DNA of 64,000 nucleotides from Flavobacteriales bacterium. GTDB lineage: Bacteria > Bacteroidota > Bacteroidia > Flavobacteriales_F > PHOS-HE28. Shown in pieces: positions 48,560-57,245 of the stretch. Positions within the stretch are counted from its first letter, which is position 1, and each line of letters starts with the position of its first letter. Position numbers and translations under genes: made by a program. Below the pieces are notes generated by a model. The model ran no database searches and was not told the origin of the DNA. It saw only the letters and a program-made list of their open reading frames with translations. The stretch spans positions 701,031 through 765,030 of the forward strand of contig JADJVC010000002.1 of the NCBI GenBank assembly GCA_016710685.1. Reading direction: 5' to 3'.

Positions 48560-49423
48560 TCACCCCACAACCCAAAGCCGCTTCGCCTCCAAACGGAACC
48601 GCACTTCTTGCCCGATCTCCACCGGTTCACCATCCAAATGCGCGAGTGTACCGTCTTGGTGTACCATGGCATTGTCCGTTGCGATGTTGGTGATGTAGGG
48701 GCTGCCATCGATGCGCCCGTTATACATGCGGATGAAAGCGGCGAGCATGGGCAGCAGGGGCGGCTTGGACACGATGCGCAGTTCCGCCAGACCATCATCG
48801 GGCAGGGAACCAGGGCTGATCACGGCCCCGTTGCCGAACTCGCGGGTGTTGCAGAACACGAGCATCAGCACGCTGTCTTCGCGGGTTTGGTTGTTCGCCT
48901 TCGTCACCGTGTGCATGGGCTTGGCCCCAAGGATGTGCTGAATGATGAGCCGCATGTAATTCCACATGCCGCGCCCTTTGCTTTGGTCGAAGGCATGGGC
49001 TACGCGGGCATCGAAGCCGATACCGGCAGTGCCGAGGAAAAGGTGGTCGTTGAGGTAGCAAACGTCCAATTGACGTGCCTTTCCGTTGAAGGCTGTGCGC
49101 AAGGCTTGCGCTGGATCACGTGGCAGTTTCAAGGATCGCGCGTAGCCATTTCCGGAGCCCATGGGCACAATGCCAAGCTGCAATGTGGAGCCTACCATGC
49201 CAGATGCTACGGCGTTCAGCGTGCCATCGCCTCCGATGGAAATGATGCGTTCCGATCCGTTGGCATTGGCCTCCTCCGCAAAGCGTTTGCCGTCGCCTGG
49301 CGCGGCGATGGTGCAGAACTCCAACTCGTGGTCATTGGCACGACCAAGCTCTTCGGCGAGACTGCGCAGGCTTTCAGCGCGCTTTTTCCCGGAACGGGGA
49401 TTGATGACCACTGTGATCTTCAT
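48560..49423 (-). CDS. Diacylglycerol/lipid kinase family protein (YegS/DagK-like)
   Basis: MKITVVINPRSGK…ISIGGDGTLN…GIVPMGSGNG. DAGK catalytic domain. Confidence 0.75.
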   Translation of the reverse strand: MKITVVINPRSGKKRAESLRSLAEELGRANDHELEFCTIAAPGDGKRFAEEANANGSERIISIGGDGTLNAVASGMVGSTLQLGIVPMGSGNGYARSLKLPRDPAQALRTAFNGKARQLDVCYLNDHLFLGTAGIGFDARVAHAFDQSKGRGMWNYMRLIIQHILGAKPMHTVTKANNQTREDSVLMLVFCNTREFGNGAVISPGSLPDDGLAELRIVSKPPLLPMLAAFIRMYNGRIDGSPYITNIATDNAMVHQDGTLAHLDGEPVEIGQEVRFRLEAKRLWVVG

Positions 49424-49561
49424 TTTCTGTTTTCCACGGGAGCTATTGGAATGGGAATATAGACTGGCCACAGATTACACAGATACCAGCTTCGCGGGGC
49501 GTGAAAGCGACGGTTGGCAGTATATGCGTAATCGGCGCAATCTGCGGCTAAACCTTGGAAC

Positions 49562-51412
49562 TTATTTGTGGATTACCAGTTCATGGCTCAGCAGCCGGTT
49601 GTTGTACTGCTGTATCGCGGCTTGCAACGTAGGCAGCAAGTCTGTTTCCGTTTCAGCAGGAGCGTGTTCTTTTCCATCCGGAGAAGCCGCCCACAAGATG
49701 CGCTCACCATCGGACCGCAACTGGCAACTGTCGCCTACGATGAGCCAGGTTGCGCTGCCTTCGCTAACGGCCGCCGGTGCGCGTTCATGCCGCAAGGTGC
49801 TGCTGCCAAAGGCGAAGAAGGGCTTCGGGTACCCGATGATGTCGAGCACCGTTGGCAGGATGTCGATCTGTTGGGCCACGCGGTTTTCCATGCGTGGTGC
49901 AAGGGCTGCGGGCATGTAGAAGAGCATCGGCACCCAATGATCGTACGCCGCGCCACTGGTCTGTCCGGTGCGCTCCAAGTCGGCGGTGTGATCGGCAGTG
50001 ATTACGAAGAGCGTGTTGCGGAACCACGGCATGGTTTCCGCCGTGGCGAAGAACTGGCGCAGGGCATCATCGGCGTAACGTAATGTGGGCATAATGGGCA
50101 GGTCGCCGCCCGCAAAGCGTTTGGCGTCGGCCTCAACCAGTTTGTACGGGTGGTGGGAGCTCAGTGTGAAGAAACAGTTCACGAAAGGCTGCTTTTGCTT
50201 GTCCATTTCATGGGCGAAGAATTGGAGAAAAGGCCGGTCGCGGATGCCCCAAGTGCCGTCGTAGTCTTTTGTGTCCGGGTACTGGTCGCGGCCCACGTAG
50301 CGTTGGAAACCCGCGGTTTTTGCAAAGGCATCGAAGCCCATGGTTCCGTTGTGGCCACCGTGATAGAAGGCGGAACTGTAGCCTTCGCGACCAAGCAGAC
50401 CCGGCAAGGCCGTAATGGGCTGCTGCGCGTATGGCGATTCAATGAAAGCCTCATCCATCATTTTCGGTAATGAGGCCAAGACCGCTGGAATGCCGTCGAT
50501 GCTTCGCCGTCCGTTAGCGTATGCGCGGTTGTAGGAAAGGCTTTGGCCCATGAGCGAATCGAGGAAGGGCATGTAGCCTTGGCCGGTACCGTTCAGTCTT
50601 CCGCTGTATGCTGCGCTGAAACTTTCGAGGATGATCACCACCACGTTCGGCTTCGTTGCTGCCAGCGCAGTGTCGCCGTACAGGTGCTGCACGGGCCATA
50701 AGCGATCGGCCTCTTCCTGCGGAAGCAAAGTCTTCTCGGAAAGCGTTGGTTTTCCGATGCTTGTCATCACGGTGAAGGGCGTGTTGAGCACCAGCGGCAT
50801 GTATGCGGGCTGGGCGTATTTGCTGGAATCCAGCACGCCGAGCGGGATGTACTGCAGGCCGCCGCGTGAGCAAAGAACCACCAGCGCCACCACTGCTGCG
50901 CGCCAAGCCCACCAAGGGGTTGCGGGTCCATCGACCTGTTTCCGTCCGGCCCAGCGGTAGCCCATTTCGGCGATGGCCATGGACGCGATGAAGATCACTG
51001 CGATGTACCAGAAATCCTTCAGAAAAACCGGAACGAGGCTGGCCAGGTCGTTGCCACCGGTGGCAATGCCGAAGAGGTCTGCTGTGCTTCGCTTTAGCGT
51101 GAATTTGAAGTATTCAATATCAATGGAATTCAGGAAAAAGCAGAACGCGTTGCTGAGGTGGAAGAGCACTTTTTGCACCGTTCGGAAAACGCCTGAAGGG
51201 GTTGGTGCTATCAGAAAAGTGAGTATCCACGGCATGTACAGCCATGCGATAGCGCTGAGGTCGAAGCGCACGCCACCCAGAAATGCCGACAACGGTGTTG
51301 CAGGGAACGTGGTATGGTTCAGCACGCCGAAGAGGATCCGCTGCGCGGTGAAGAGCACGACCAACACGCCAAGGCGAAGCAGCAAAACACGGAGCGGACG
51401 GAAGTTTGGCAC
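49562..51412 (-). CDS. LTA-synthase/sulfatase-family (alkaline phosphatase superfamily) membrane protein
   Basis: N-terminal TM helices then an extracellular sulfatase-like domain (VVVIILESFSAAYSG…, HHPYKL…ITADH). The track ORF starts at a GTG at 51580 and runs through an AT-rich promoter-like stretch. A GTG near 51412 (VPNFRPLRVLLL) is more plausible. Confidence 0.7.
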   Translation of the reverse strand: MPNFRPLRVLLLRLGVLVVLFTAQRILFGVLNHTTFPATPLSAFLGGVRFDLSAIAWLYMPWILTFLIAPTPSGVFRTVQKVLFHLSNAFCFFLNSIDIEYFKFTLKRSTADLFGIATGGNDLASLVPVFLKDFWYIAVIFIASMAIAEMGYRWAGRKQVDGPATPWWAWRAAVVALVVLCSRGGLQYIPLGVLDSSKYAQPAYMPLVLNTPFTVMTSIGKPTLSEKTLLPQEEADRLWPVQHLYGDTALAATKPNVVVIILESFSAAYSGRLNGTGQGYMPFLDSLMGQSLSYNRAYANGRRSIDGIPAVLASLPKMMDEAFIESPYAQQPITALPGLLGREGYSSAFYHGGHNGTMGFDAFAKTAGFQRYVGRDQYPDTKDYDGTWGIRDRPFLQFFAHEMDKQKQPFVNCFFTLSSHHPYKLVEADAKRFAGGDLPIMPTLRYADDALRQFFATAETMPWFRNTLFVITADHTADLERTGQTSGAAYDHWVPMLFYMPAALAPRMENRVAQQIDILPTVLDIIGYPKPFFAFGSSTLRHERAPAAVSEGSATWLIVGDSCQLRSDGERILWAASPDGKEHAPAETETDLLPTLQAAIQQYNNRLLSHELVIHK

Positions 51413-51717
51413 GGCGCGAAGATCGGGTTGCGGAAAAGAAAGAACGCCGATTTCTCTGATTGTTATGATTTGCGTTGATATGATTTGGTCGGAGATTTTG
51501 TTTTTGGTACTGGGTACAGGGTATTGCGTACCGGGTACTGCCGATGCTGCCGACTGCACGCTGCCGCCGCCTTCTGTCACTGCCAGCAGTATCTATAAGA
51601 ATTCAACGTTTCGTCCGTTGCGTCCGTTGCGGTTCAAATTCAGGATTTTGCGGTAACCCCAACCCATCTTCCCCGCTACCTTTGCCACCAATCGCAACGC
51701 TTGTGGTACCTACAGCC

Positions 51718-53742
51718 ATGTTTCAAGAAACCATCGACAAGAAGCAGCTCACCTTCGAGCGTAAAAAGCTCACCGACGCGGAGCTTTTGGACATTTACGA
51801 GCAGTTATTGCGTCCGCGCCTCATCGAGGAGAAAATGCTGAGCATGCTGCGGCAGGGGCGGATCAGCAAGTGGTTTAGCGGCATTGGCCAGGAGGCCGTG
51901 GCCGTCGGTTCGGCCATTGCGATGCTACCGGACGAATACATTTTGCCGATGCACCGCAACCTCGGCACGTTTACAACGCGCGGAGTGCCGATGGGCCGCC
52001 TCTTCAGCCAATTCCAAGGGTATGCGAACGGCTTCACCAAGGGGCGCGATCGCAGTTTCCACTTCGGTTCGCAGGAGTACAAAATGGTGGGCATGATCAG
52101 CCATTTAGGCCCACAGCTCGGCGTGGCCGACGGCATCGCCTTGGCGCACAAACTGCGGAAGGAAAGCAAATGCACGCTCGTCTTCACCGGCGACGGGGCC
52201 ACCAGCGAGGGCGACTTCCATGAAAGCGTGAACACCGCCGCCGTGTGGGACCTGCCGGTGATCATCGTGGTGGAGAACAATGGCTACGGACTCAGCACGC
52301 CCAGCAGTGAGCAGTTCCGCTGCCGCTACATCAGCGACAAGGCGCTCGGCTACGGCATGGAAAGCCGCGTGGTTGCGGGCAACAACATTTTGGAGGTCAT
52401 GCATACGCTGCGCGAAGTAGCGGAGAGCATCCGGCGCCGCCCGCGGCCCATCTTGGTGGAGTGCATGACCTTCCGCATGCGTGGGCATGAGGAAGCCAGC
52501 GGCACCAAATACGTGCCCAAGGAATTGATGGCGGAATGGGAGAAGAAGGACCCGGTAGCTAATTACGAAAGCTGGCTGGTGGAGGAGGGTATATTGAGCG
52601 AAACGGTGAAGGACGCCACGCACAACGCCATCAAGCAGGAGATCGCACACGAAGTAGAGGCTGCTTTCGCGGAAAGCCCGGTGAAAGCCGAACTTTCCGT
52701 TGAGTTGAATGACGTTTATGCCAAGCCGATCGTTTTGGGCGATCGCGGCAAAGCCGTGGTGGAGCCGGTCGCGGAAGCCAAAGAGATGCGTTTCGTCGAT
52801 GCGATATCGGACGGCCTGCGGGAGAGCATGAAACGCCATGACAACCTGGTGTTGATGGGGCAGGATATCGCCGATTACGGCGGTGCTTTCAAAGTGACGG
52901 ACGGGTTGATGGCGGAGTTCGGCAAGGATCGTGTGCGCAACACGCCGCTTTGCGAAAGTGCGATCCTCGGCGCAGGCCTTGGCTTAAGCATCAACGGCAT
53001 GAAGAGCATGGTGGAGATGCAGTTCGCGGACTTTGTGAGCGAAGGCATGACGCAGATCTGCAACAACCTCGCGAAGACCCATTGGCGCTGGGGCCAGAAT
53101 GCGGACGTGGTAGTGCGCATGCCTACCGGCGCGGGCAGTGGCGCGGGGCCGTTCCACAGTCAAAGCAACGAGGCGTGGTTCTTCAAAACGCCGGGCTTGA
53201 AGATCGTGTACCCTTCCTTCCCGTACGATGCGAAAGGCTTGCTGTGCGCAGCTTTCGACGATCCCGACCCGGTGATGTACTTCGAGCACAAGAACCTCTA
53301 CCGCAGCCTTTCGGGGCCGGTGCCTGAAGGTTGGTACACATTACCGATCGGTGAAGCGGCGTTGCTGCGCGAAGGCACGGACCTCAGCATCATTACGTAT
53401 GGCATGGGGGTGCATTGGGCGCTTGAGGCGTTGGACGCCGAACCCGGCATCAGCGCAGATCTCATCGACTTGCGCACTTTACTCCCGTGGGACCGGGAGC
53501 GTGTGCTGGAAAGCGTACGCAAGACCGGCAAAGCCTTGGTATTGCACGAGGACACGTTGACCGGAGGAATTGGTGGCGAGATCTCTGCGACCATCATGGA
53601 GGAATGTTTCAACAGCATGGAGGCCCCGGTGGTCCGGATTGCGTCCATCGACACGCCAGTGCCGTTTTCGCACGCGTTGGAGGCGCAATTTTTGCCGAAG
53701 GAACGGTTGAAAGCGGCGTTGGTGAAGTTGGCGAATTTCTGA
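51718..53742 (+). CDS. Fused 2-oxoacid dehydrogenase E1 component alpha/beta subunit (ThDP-dependent)
   Basis: Start MFQETIDKK. Alpha part with the ThDP motif GDGATSEGDFHES…VVENNGYG. Beta transketolase-like part (NTPLCESAILGAGLGLS…EMQFADF). 674 aa. Confidence 0.85.
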   Translation: MFQETIDKKQLTFERKKLTDAELLDIYEQLLRPRLIEEKMLSMLRQGRISKWFSGIGQEAVAVGSAIAMLPDEYILPMHRNLGTFTTRGVPMGRLFSQFQGYANGFTKGRDRSFHFGSQEYKMVGMISHLGPQLGVADGIALAHKLRKESKCTLVFTGDGATSEGDFHESVNTAAVWDLPVIIVVENNGYGLSTPSSEQFRCRYISDKALGYGMESRVVAGNNILEVMHTLREVAESIRRRPRPILVECMTFRMRGHEEASGTKYVPKELMAEWEKKDPVANYESWLVEEGILSETVKDATHNAIKQEIAHEVEAAFAESPVKAELSVELNDVYAKPIVLGDRGKAVVEPVAEAKEMRFVDAISDGLRESMKRHDNLVLMGQDIADYGGAFKVTDGLMAEFGKDRVRNTPLCESAILGAGLGLSINGMKSMVEMQFADFVSEGMTQICNNLAKTHWRWGQNADVVVRMPTGAGSGAGPFHSQSNEAWFFKTPGLKIVYPSFPYDAKGLLCAAFDDPDPVMYFEHKNLYRSLSGPVPEGWYTLPIGEAALLREGTDLSIITYGMGVHWALEALDAEPGISADLIDLRTLLPWDRERVLESVRKTGKALVLHEDTLTGGIGGEISATIMEECFNSMEAPVVRIASIDTPVPFSHALEAQFLPKERLKAALVKLANF

Positions 53743-53767
53743 GTTGCCGAGAACCGACGAAAATGCT

Positions 53768-53895
53768 GCGACCTCTGCGGGGTCGTGGCGCGCGCAGGGG
53801 GCAATCGGGGCTTATTTCTATGACCCCTTCGGGGTCGGCAGAACCAGGGGCTTAGAAAATCGCTACGCAAACGCGGTTCGACCCCGCAGGGGTCG
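53768..53895. repeat. Cluster of three REP-like GC-rich hairpins (GACCCC…GGGGTC stems) between convergent genes
   Basis: cgacc-tctgc-ggggtcg, gacccc-ttcg-gggtc, cgacccc-gca-ggggtcg within 130 nt. Confidence 0.5.
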
Positions 53896-53933
53896 CAGCC
53901 ATTGGCCCAGATTATCTAAAGTGGCAGCGAATG

Positions 53934-54683
53934 CTACTTGCTCGCGGACCCTTCAAGCGACTGGTACAGCGACTTGAATTCGGGGTTGTCCATGAAGTAG
54001 TCCTTGCCCAAGGCGATCGTTTCGCGGGCTTTGTCCACTTGGCCTTTTGCTTCTTGGGAGCGCGCAGTCCGGAGCAAACTTTCGCGTAGCAAATTGCGCT
54101 GGTCCAAAGGCAAGTGAGCCACATCTGGAACGGCTTTTAGCGCTTCCTTGAATTGCTTGGTGCTTTCCTGTGCGTCGCGCACGGCCTTGCCTTTAGTCTG
54201 CGCTAAAGCGAGCATCTGCCATGCGCCGGGATTTTCCGGGTTGTAACGGGTGATGCGCTGAAACTGTTGCTTCGCTTTGCTGAAGGATTTTTCGTCCATG
54301 TAGTTCAGTCCCATTTCTTGGGCCACGGTATTCAGCTCGCTCCAAAAATCCTCGTAGTTGGCGAAGAATTCGAGGTTCTTGTCCTTGCGGCGGTATTTCG
54401 AGGCCCACTTCAGCGCTTCGCGGTCGGCGCGCTTGTACTCGTCCATAGCGGTGAACTTCGGAATTTTGCTGATCTCGAACCAGCACATGCTGGCATAGAG
54501 GTAGGGCAGGGCATCACGGTGGGTGGCATCGCGATCTACATAGCGTTCAGACTTTTCAATGCACTTTTCGTAATTCTCGTCCACGTAAAGCACAAGAAGG
54601 TCGTCATAAGGTTTTTCTTGGGAGAAGGTGGGAAAATGAGCAAGCAAGAATGGCAGGCAGAATGCTAAATTTTTGAGTTTCAT
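53934..54683 (-). CDS. TPR-like secreted protein
   Basis: Signal peptide from MKLKNLAFCLPFLLAHFPTFSQ. Helical repeat content (…YNPENPGAWQMLALAQ…). The track ORF starts at 54734. Confidence 0.5.
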   Translation of the reverse strand: MKLKNLAFCLPFLLAHFPTFSQEKPYDDLLVLYVDENYEKCIEKSERYVDRDATHRDALPYLYASMCWFEISKIPKFTAMDEYKRADREALKWASKYRRKDKNLEFFANYEDFWSELNTVAQEMGLNYMDEKSFSKAKQQFQRITRYNPENPGAWQMLALAQTKGKAVRDAQESTKQFKEALKAVPDVAHLPLDQRNLLRESLLRTARSQEAKGQVDKARETIALGKDYFMDNPEFKSLYQSLEGSASK

Positions 54684-54876
54684 CATTGCTACGAAGGGCC
54701 GCAAGGATGGTGCCGAAACCTGTTGGGATGCCAAGAGTGCGAGGAATCCGGTGGAAGTGTAATTGCTATGAGCGCAATTGGGTGGAGTTCTTCAAGCCGC
54801 AAGGAGTTGGTTGCGAGGACCCCATTGCGTTACTCCAGCGGTCGCTGTACTTTCATCTATGAGGAAAGACAACGCT

Positions 54877-55212
54877 CTATCCCCCCGCCTTCTTCGCCTT
54901 ATACCCCGCTTCCGCCAGCAATTTCAGCACTTTGTCGCGGTGGTCGCCTTGCAGCAAGATCACGCCATCTTTGGTGTTGCCGCCTACGCCGCATTTGCTT
55001 TTCAGCGTACGTCCCAGATCGGAGAGGTCGTCGCCCTTGCCGATAAATCCCACTATGCGTGTCACCTCCTTGTTGCCTTTCAAGCGGTCCAGATGGACGC
55101 GCAAGTCCTGCTGTGGTGGCGGCAATGTAGAAGGCTCACGGTCGCCGAAGCCGGATACGTTTTGGTTGGGGTTGGTGCTGTAGACCAAGCCACCGGTGGG
55201 GCGCTTCTTCAT
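54877..55212 (-). CDS. Translation initiation factor SUI1/YciH family
   Basis: SUI1 domain core GFIGKGDDLSDLGRTLKSKCGVGGNTKDGVILLQGDHRDKVLKLL. Confidence 0.8.
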   Translation of the reverse strand: MKKRPTGGLVYSTNPNQNVSGFGDREPSTLPPPQQDLRVHLDRLKGNKEVTRIVGFIGKGDDLSDLGRTLKSKCGVGGNTKDGVILLQGDHRDKVLKLLAEAGYKAKKAGG

Positions 55213-55225
55213 TGTGCAATGCTAC

Positions 55226-55313
55226 GTGATCGGTGAATAGTGATAGGTGATTGGGGCCGCTCGGAGTCGTCACGTGCTTTTCGCCGATCACCGATCACCA
55301 GCGACCAATCACC
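55226..55313. repeat. Inverted repeat with GGTGATT/GATCACC unit arms in a divergent promoter region
   Basis: gtgatcggtgaatagtgataggtgattgg … ccgatcaccgatcaccagcgaccaatcacc. Confidence 0.5.
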
Positions 55314-55417
55314 ACACTCATTTCCGCCACGAAATTAAAAAAGCCTTGGCGTTCTCTTGGCGAACTTTGCGTCTTGGCGGTGGATGGATCCTATTTTTGC
55401 GACCTATTTCACACACC

Positions 55418-56623
55418 ATGCCCGGAACCGAACTGTTTGGAAAAGAAGAGAAGAAGGAAGTAATGGACGTCCTGGAAACGGGAGTGCTTTTCCGATACAA
55501 CCACGATGCACAGCGCCAAGGCCATTGGAAGGCTAAGGACTTCGAGGCGGAGATCGCGAAGTTCACCGGCGCGAAGCAGGCACTGGCCGTGAGCAGCGGT
55601 AGCACCGCCGTGAGCACTATGCTGGCCGCGTGTGGCGTGGGCTACGGCGACGAAGTGATCGTGCCGCCTTTCACCTTTATCGCCACGATTGAAAGTGTAT
55701 TGCTCGCTGGCGCGATACCGGTGTTTGCGGAGATTGACGAGACGCTGTGCATGAGCGCGGAAGGCATCCGCGCGGTATCCGGGCCGAAAACGAAGGCTGT
55801 GCTGCTCGTCCACATGTGCGGCGCGGCTGCGGATCTCGATGGCATACTCACCGTGTGCAAGGAAAAGAACGTGATGCTGATCGAGGACACCGCGCAAGCG
55901 TTGGGTGCCACATACAAAGGCAAACACCTCGGCCTCTATGGAAAGATGGGCAGCTTCAGCTTCGACTTCTTCAAGATCAATACATGCGGTGAAGGCGGCA
56001 TCATCATTTCGAACGATGCGGAATTGATGAGCACCGCGGAACATTTCAGCGACCACGGCCACAGCCACGAGGGCGACAATCGCGGCATGGAGCCCCACTA
56101 CATCATGGGCACCAACTACCGCATGGGCGAGATCAATGCGGCGATCGGCTTGGCCCAAGCGCGGAAGCTGCCGTACATCATCAGCCAGCAGCGCAAGCAC
56201 AAAGCGATCATACAGGAACGGTTGTCGAAGATCTCTGGCCTGGCTTTCCGCAAGCAATGCGACGATGTCGGCGACAGCGCAACTTTTTTCCACATGCTAT
56301 TTCCAAACGAGGCCACGGCGCGCGCGGCGAATAGAGCGATGGGCGATGCCGGCGTGGGCGGTGCGTACTGGTACGACAACAGGTACCACTACATCAAGCA
56401 GTGGAACCAGCTAAAGGACATGAGGATGCCTTTCCGCACGGTTGCGCACGAGCTCGGCCTGCCGCAAGACCTCAAGACGTTGAAGTTCCCCAAGAGCGAT
56501 GCAGTGCTCAGTCGTTTGATCAGCTTCAACATCCGCGTAACGTGGACGGAAGCGGAGCTGAATGCCTACTTGGACAAGGTGGAGAAGGCGGTGCGGGGGG
56601 CGATGGAAAGTGTGGCTGTGTGA
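55418..56623 (+). CDS. DegT/DnrJ/EryC1/StrS-family PLP-dependent sugar aminotransferase
   Basis: Start MPGTELFGKEEKKEV. PLP-lysine region (FSFDFFKINTCGEGG). Fold-type I AAT-like layout, 401 aa. The track ORF starts at 55247. Confidence 0.85.
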   Translation: MPGTELFGKEEKKEVMDVLETGVLFRYNHDAQRQGHWKAKDFEAEIAKFTGAKQALAVSSGSTAVSTMLAACGVGYGDEVIVPPFTFIATIESVLLAGAIPVFAEIDETLCMSAEGIRAVSGPKTKAVLLVHMCGAAADLDGILTVCKEKNVMLIEDTAQALGATYKGKHLGLYGKMGSFSFDFFKINTCGEGGIIISNDAELMSTAEHFSDHGHSHEGDNRGMEPHYIMGTNYRMGEINAAIGLAQARKLPYIISQQRKHKAIIQERLSKISGLAFRKQCDDVGDSATFFHMLFPNEATARAANRAMGDAGVGGAYWYDNRYHYIKQWNQLKDMRMPFRTVAHELGLPQDLKTLKFPKSDAVLSRLISFNIRVTWTEAELNAYLDKVEKAVRGAMESVAV

Positions 56624-56633
56624 GGTTTGTAAC

Positions 56634-57095
56634 TCACGCTAGAAAGAACCACAGCCCGCCAACGGCCATTAAAAAATACGGCACCAGAGCAGCCGCCCCG
56701 CCATAGTCTTTCGCCATGCGCTGGCCGAAGAATAACATGATGAGCGCAGATACGGCGCAGAGCATGCCTGCCGTGCCCAAGCCGGTGTTGCCTGTAAGGA
56801 GCACTTGGCCGAAGCCTAAAGCGCAAAACAGCCCTGCGGAGAATTCGACCAGCGTGATCACTGGTAGAAGCAGCGGCACGGAACCGTTTAGTGGGCTTTT
56901 GCTGAATTGCTTGGTCAAGTATTCCTTCTGGTCCTTCCAGTTGAAAAGCTTGTCCAAACTGGATTGCAGGAAAAGCACGGCTGCGAAGGCGGCGAAGGCC
57001 AGCTGCATAAGGTGGGCTGGTGTGAGGCCAAATTCAGCGAGGCAGGAGGCGGTGCAGTTCATGTGTTGGGAATTAGAGGCCACAAGGATAGGCAT
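56634..57095 (-). CDS. DoxX-family membrane protein
   Basis: Four hydrophobic segments. DoxX-like LAEFGLTPAHLMQLAFAAFAAVLFL…. Confidence 0.55.
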   Translation of the reverse strand: MPILVASNSQHMNCTASCLAEFGLTPAHLMQLAFAAFAAVLFLQSSLDKLFNWKDQKEYLTKQFSKSPLNGSVPLLLPVITLVEFSAGLFCALGFGQVLLTGNTGLGTAGMLCAVSALIMLFFGQRMAKDYGGAAALVPYFLMAVGGLWFFLA

Positions 57096-57245
57096 GCGCA
57101 GTATTGAGCTGAGGGTTCCCGTTTAATTGCAGTCGGGCCCGGGGTGGACGGGAAATGAACAGGTCCACAGGAACAACTGCTTTACGGACAATTATCCTTT
57201 TGCTCGGCGATCGTGTACATTTGAAGTGTTCAAAACGAACGAAAG

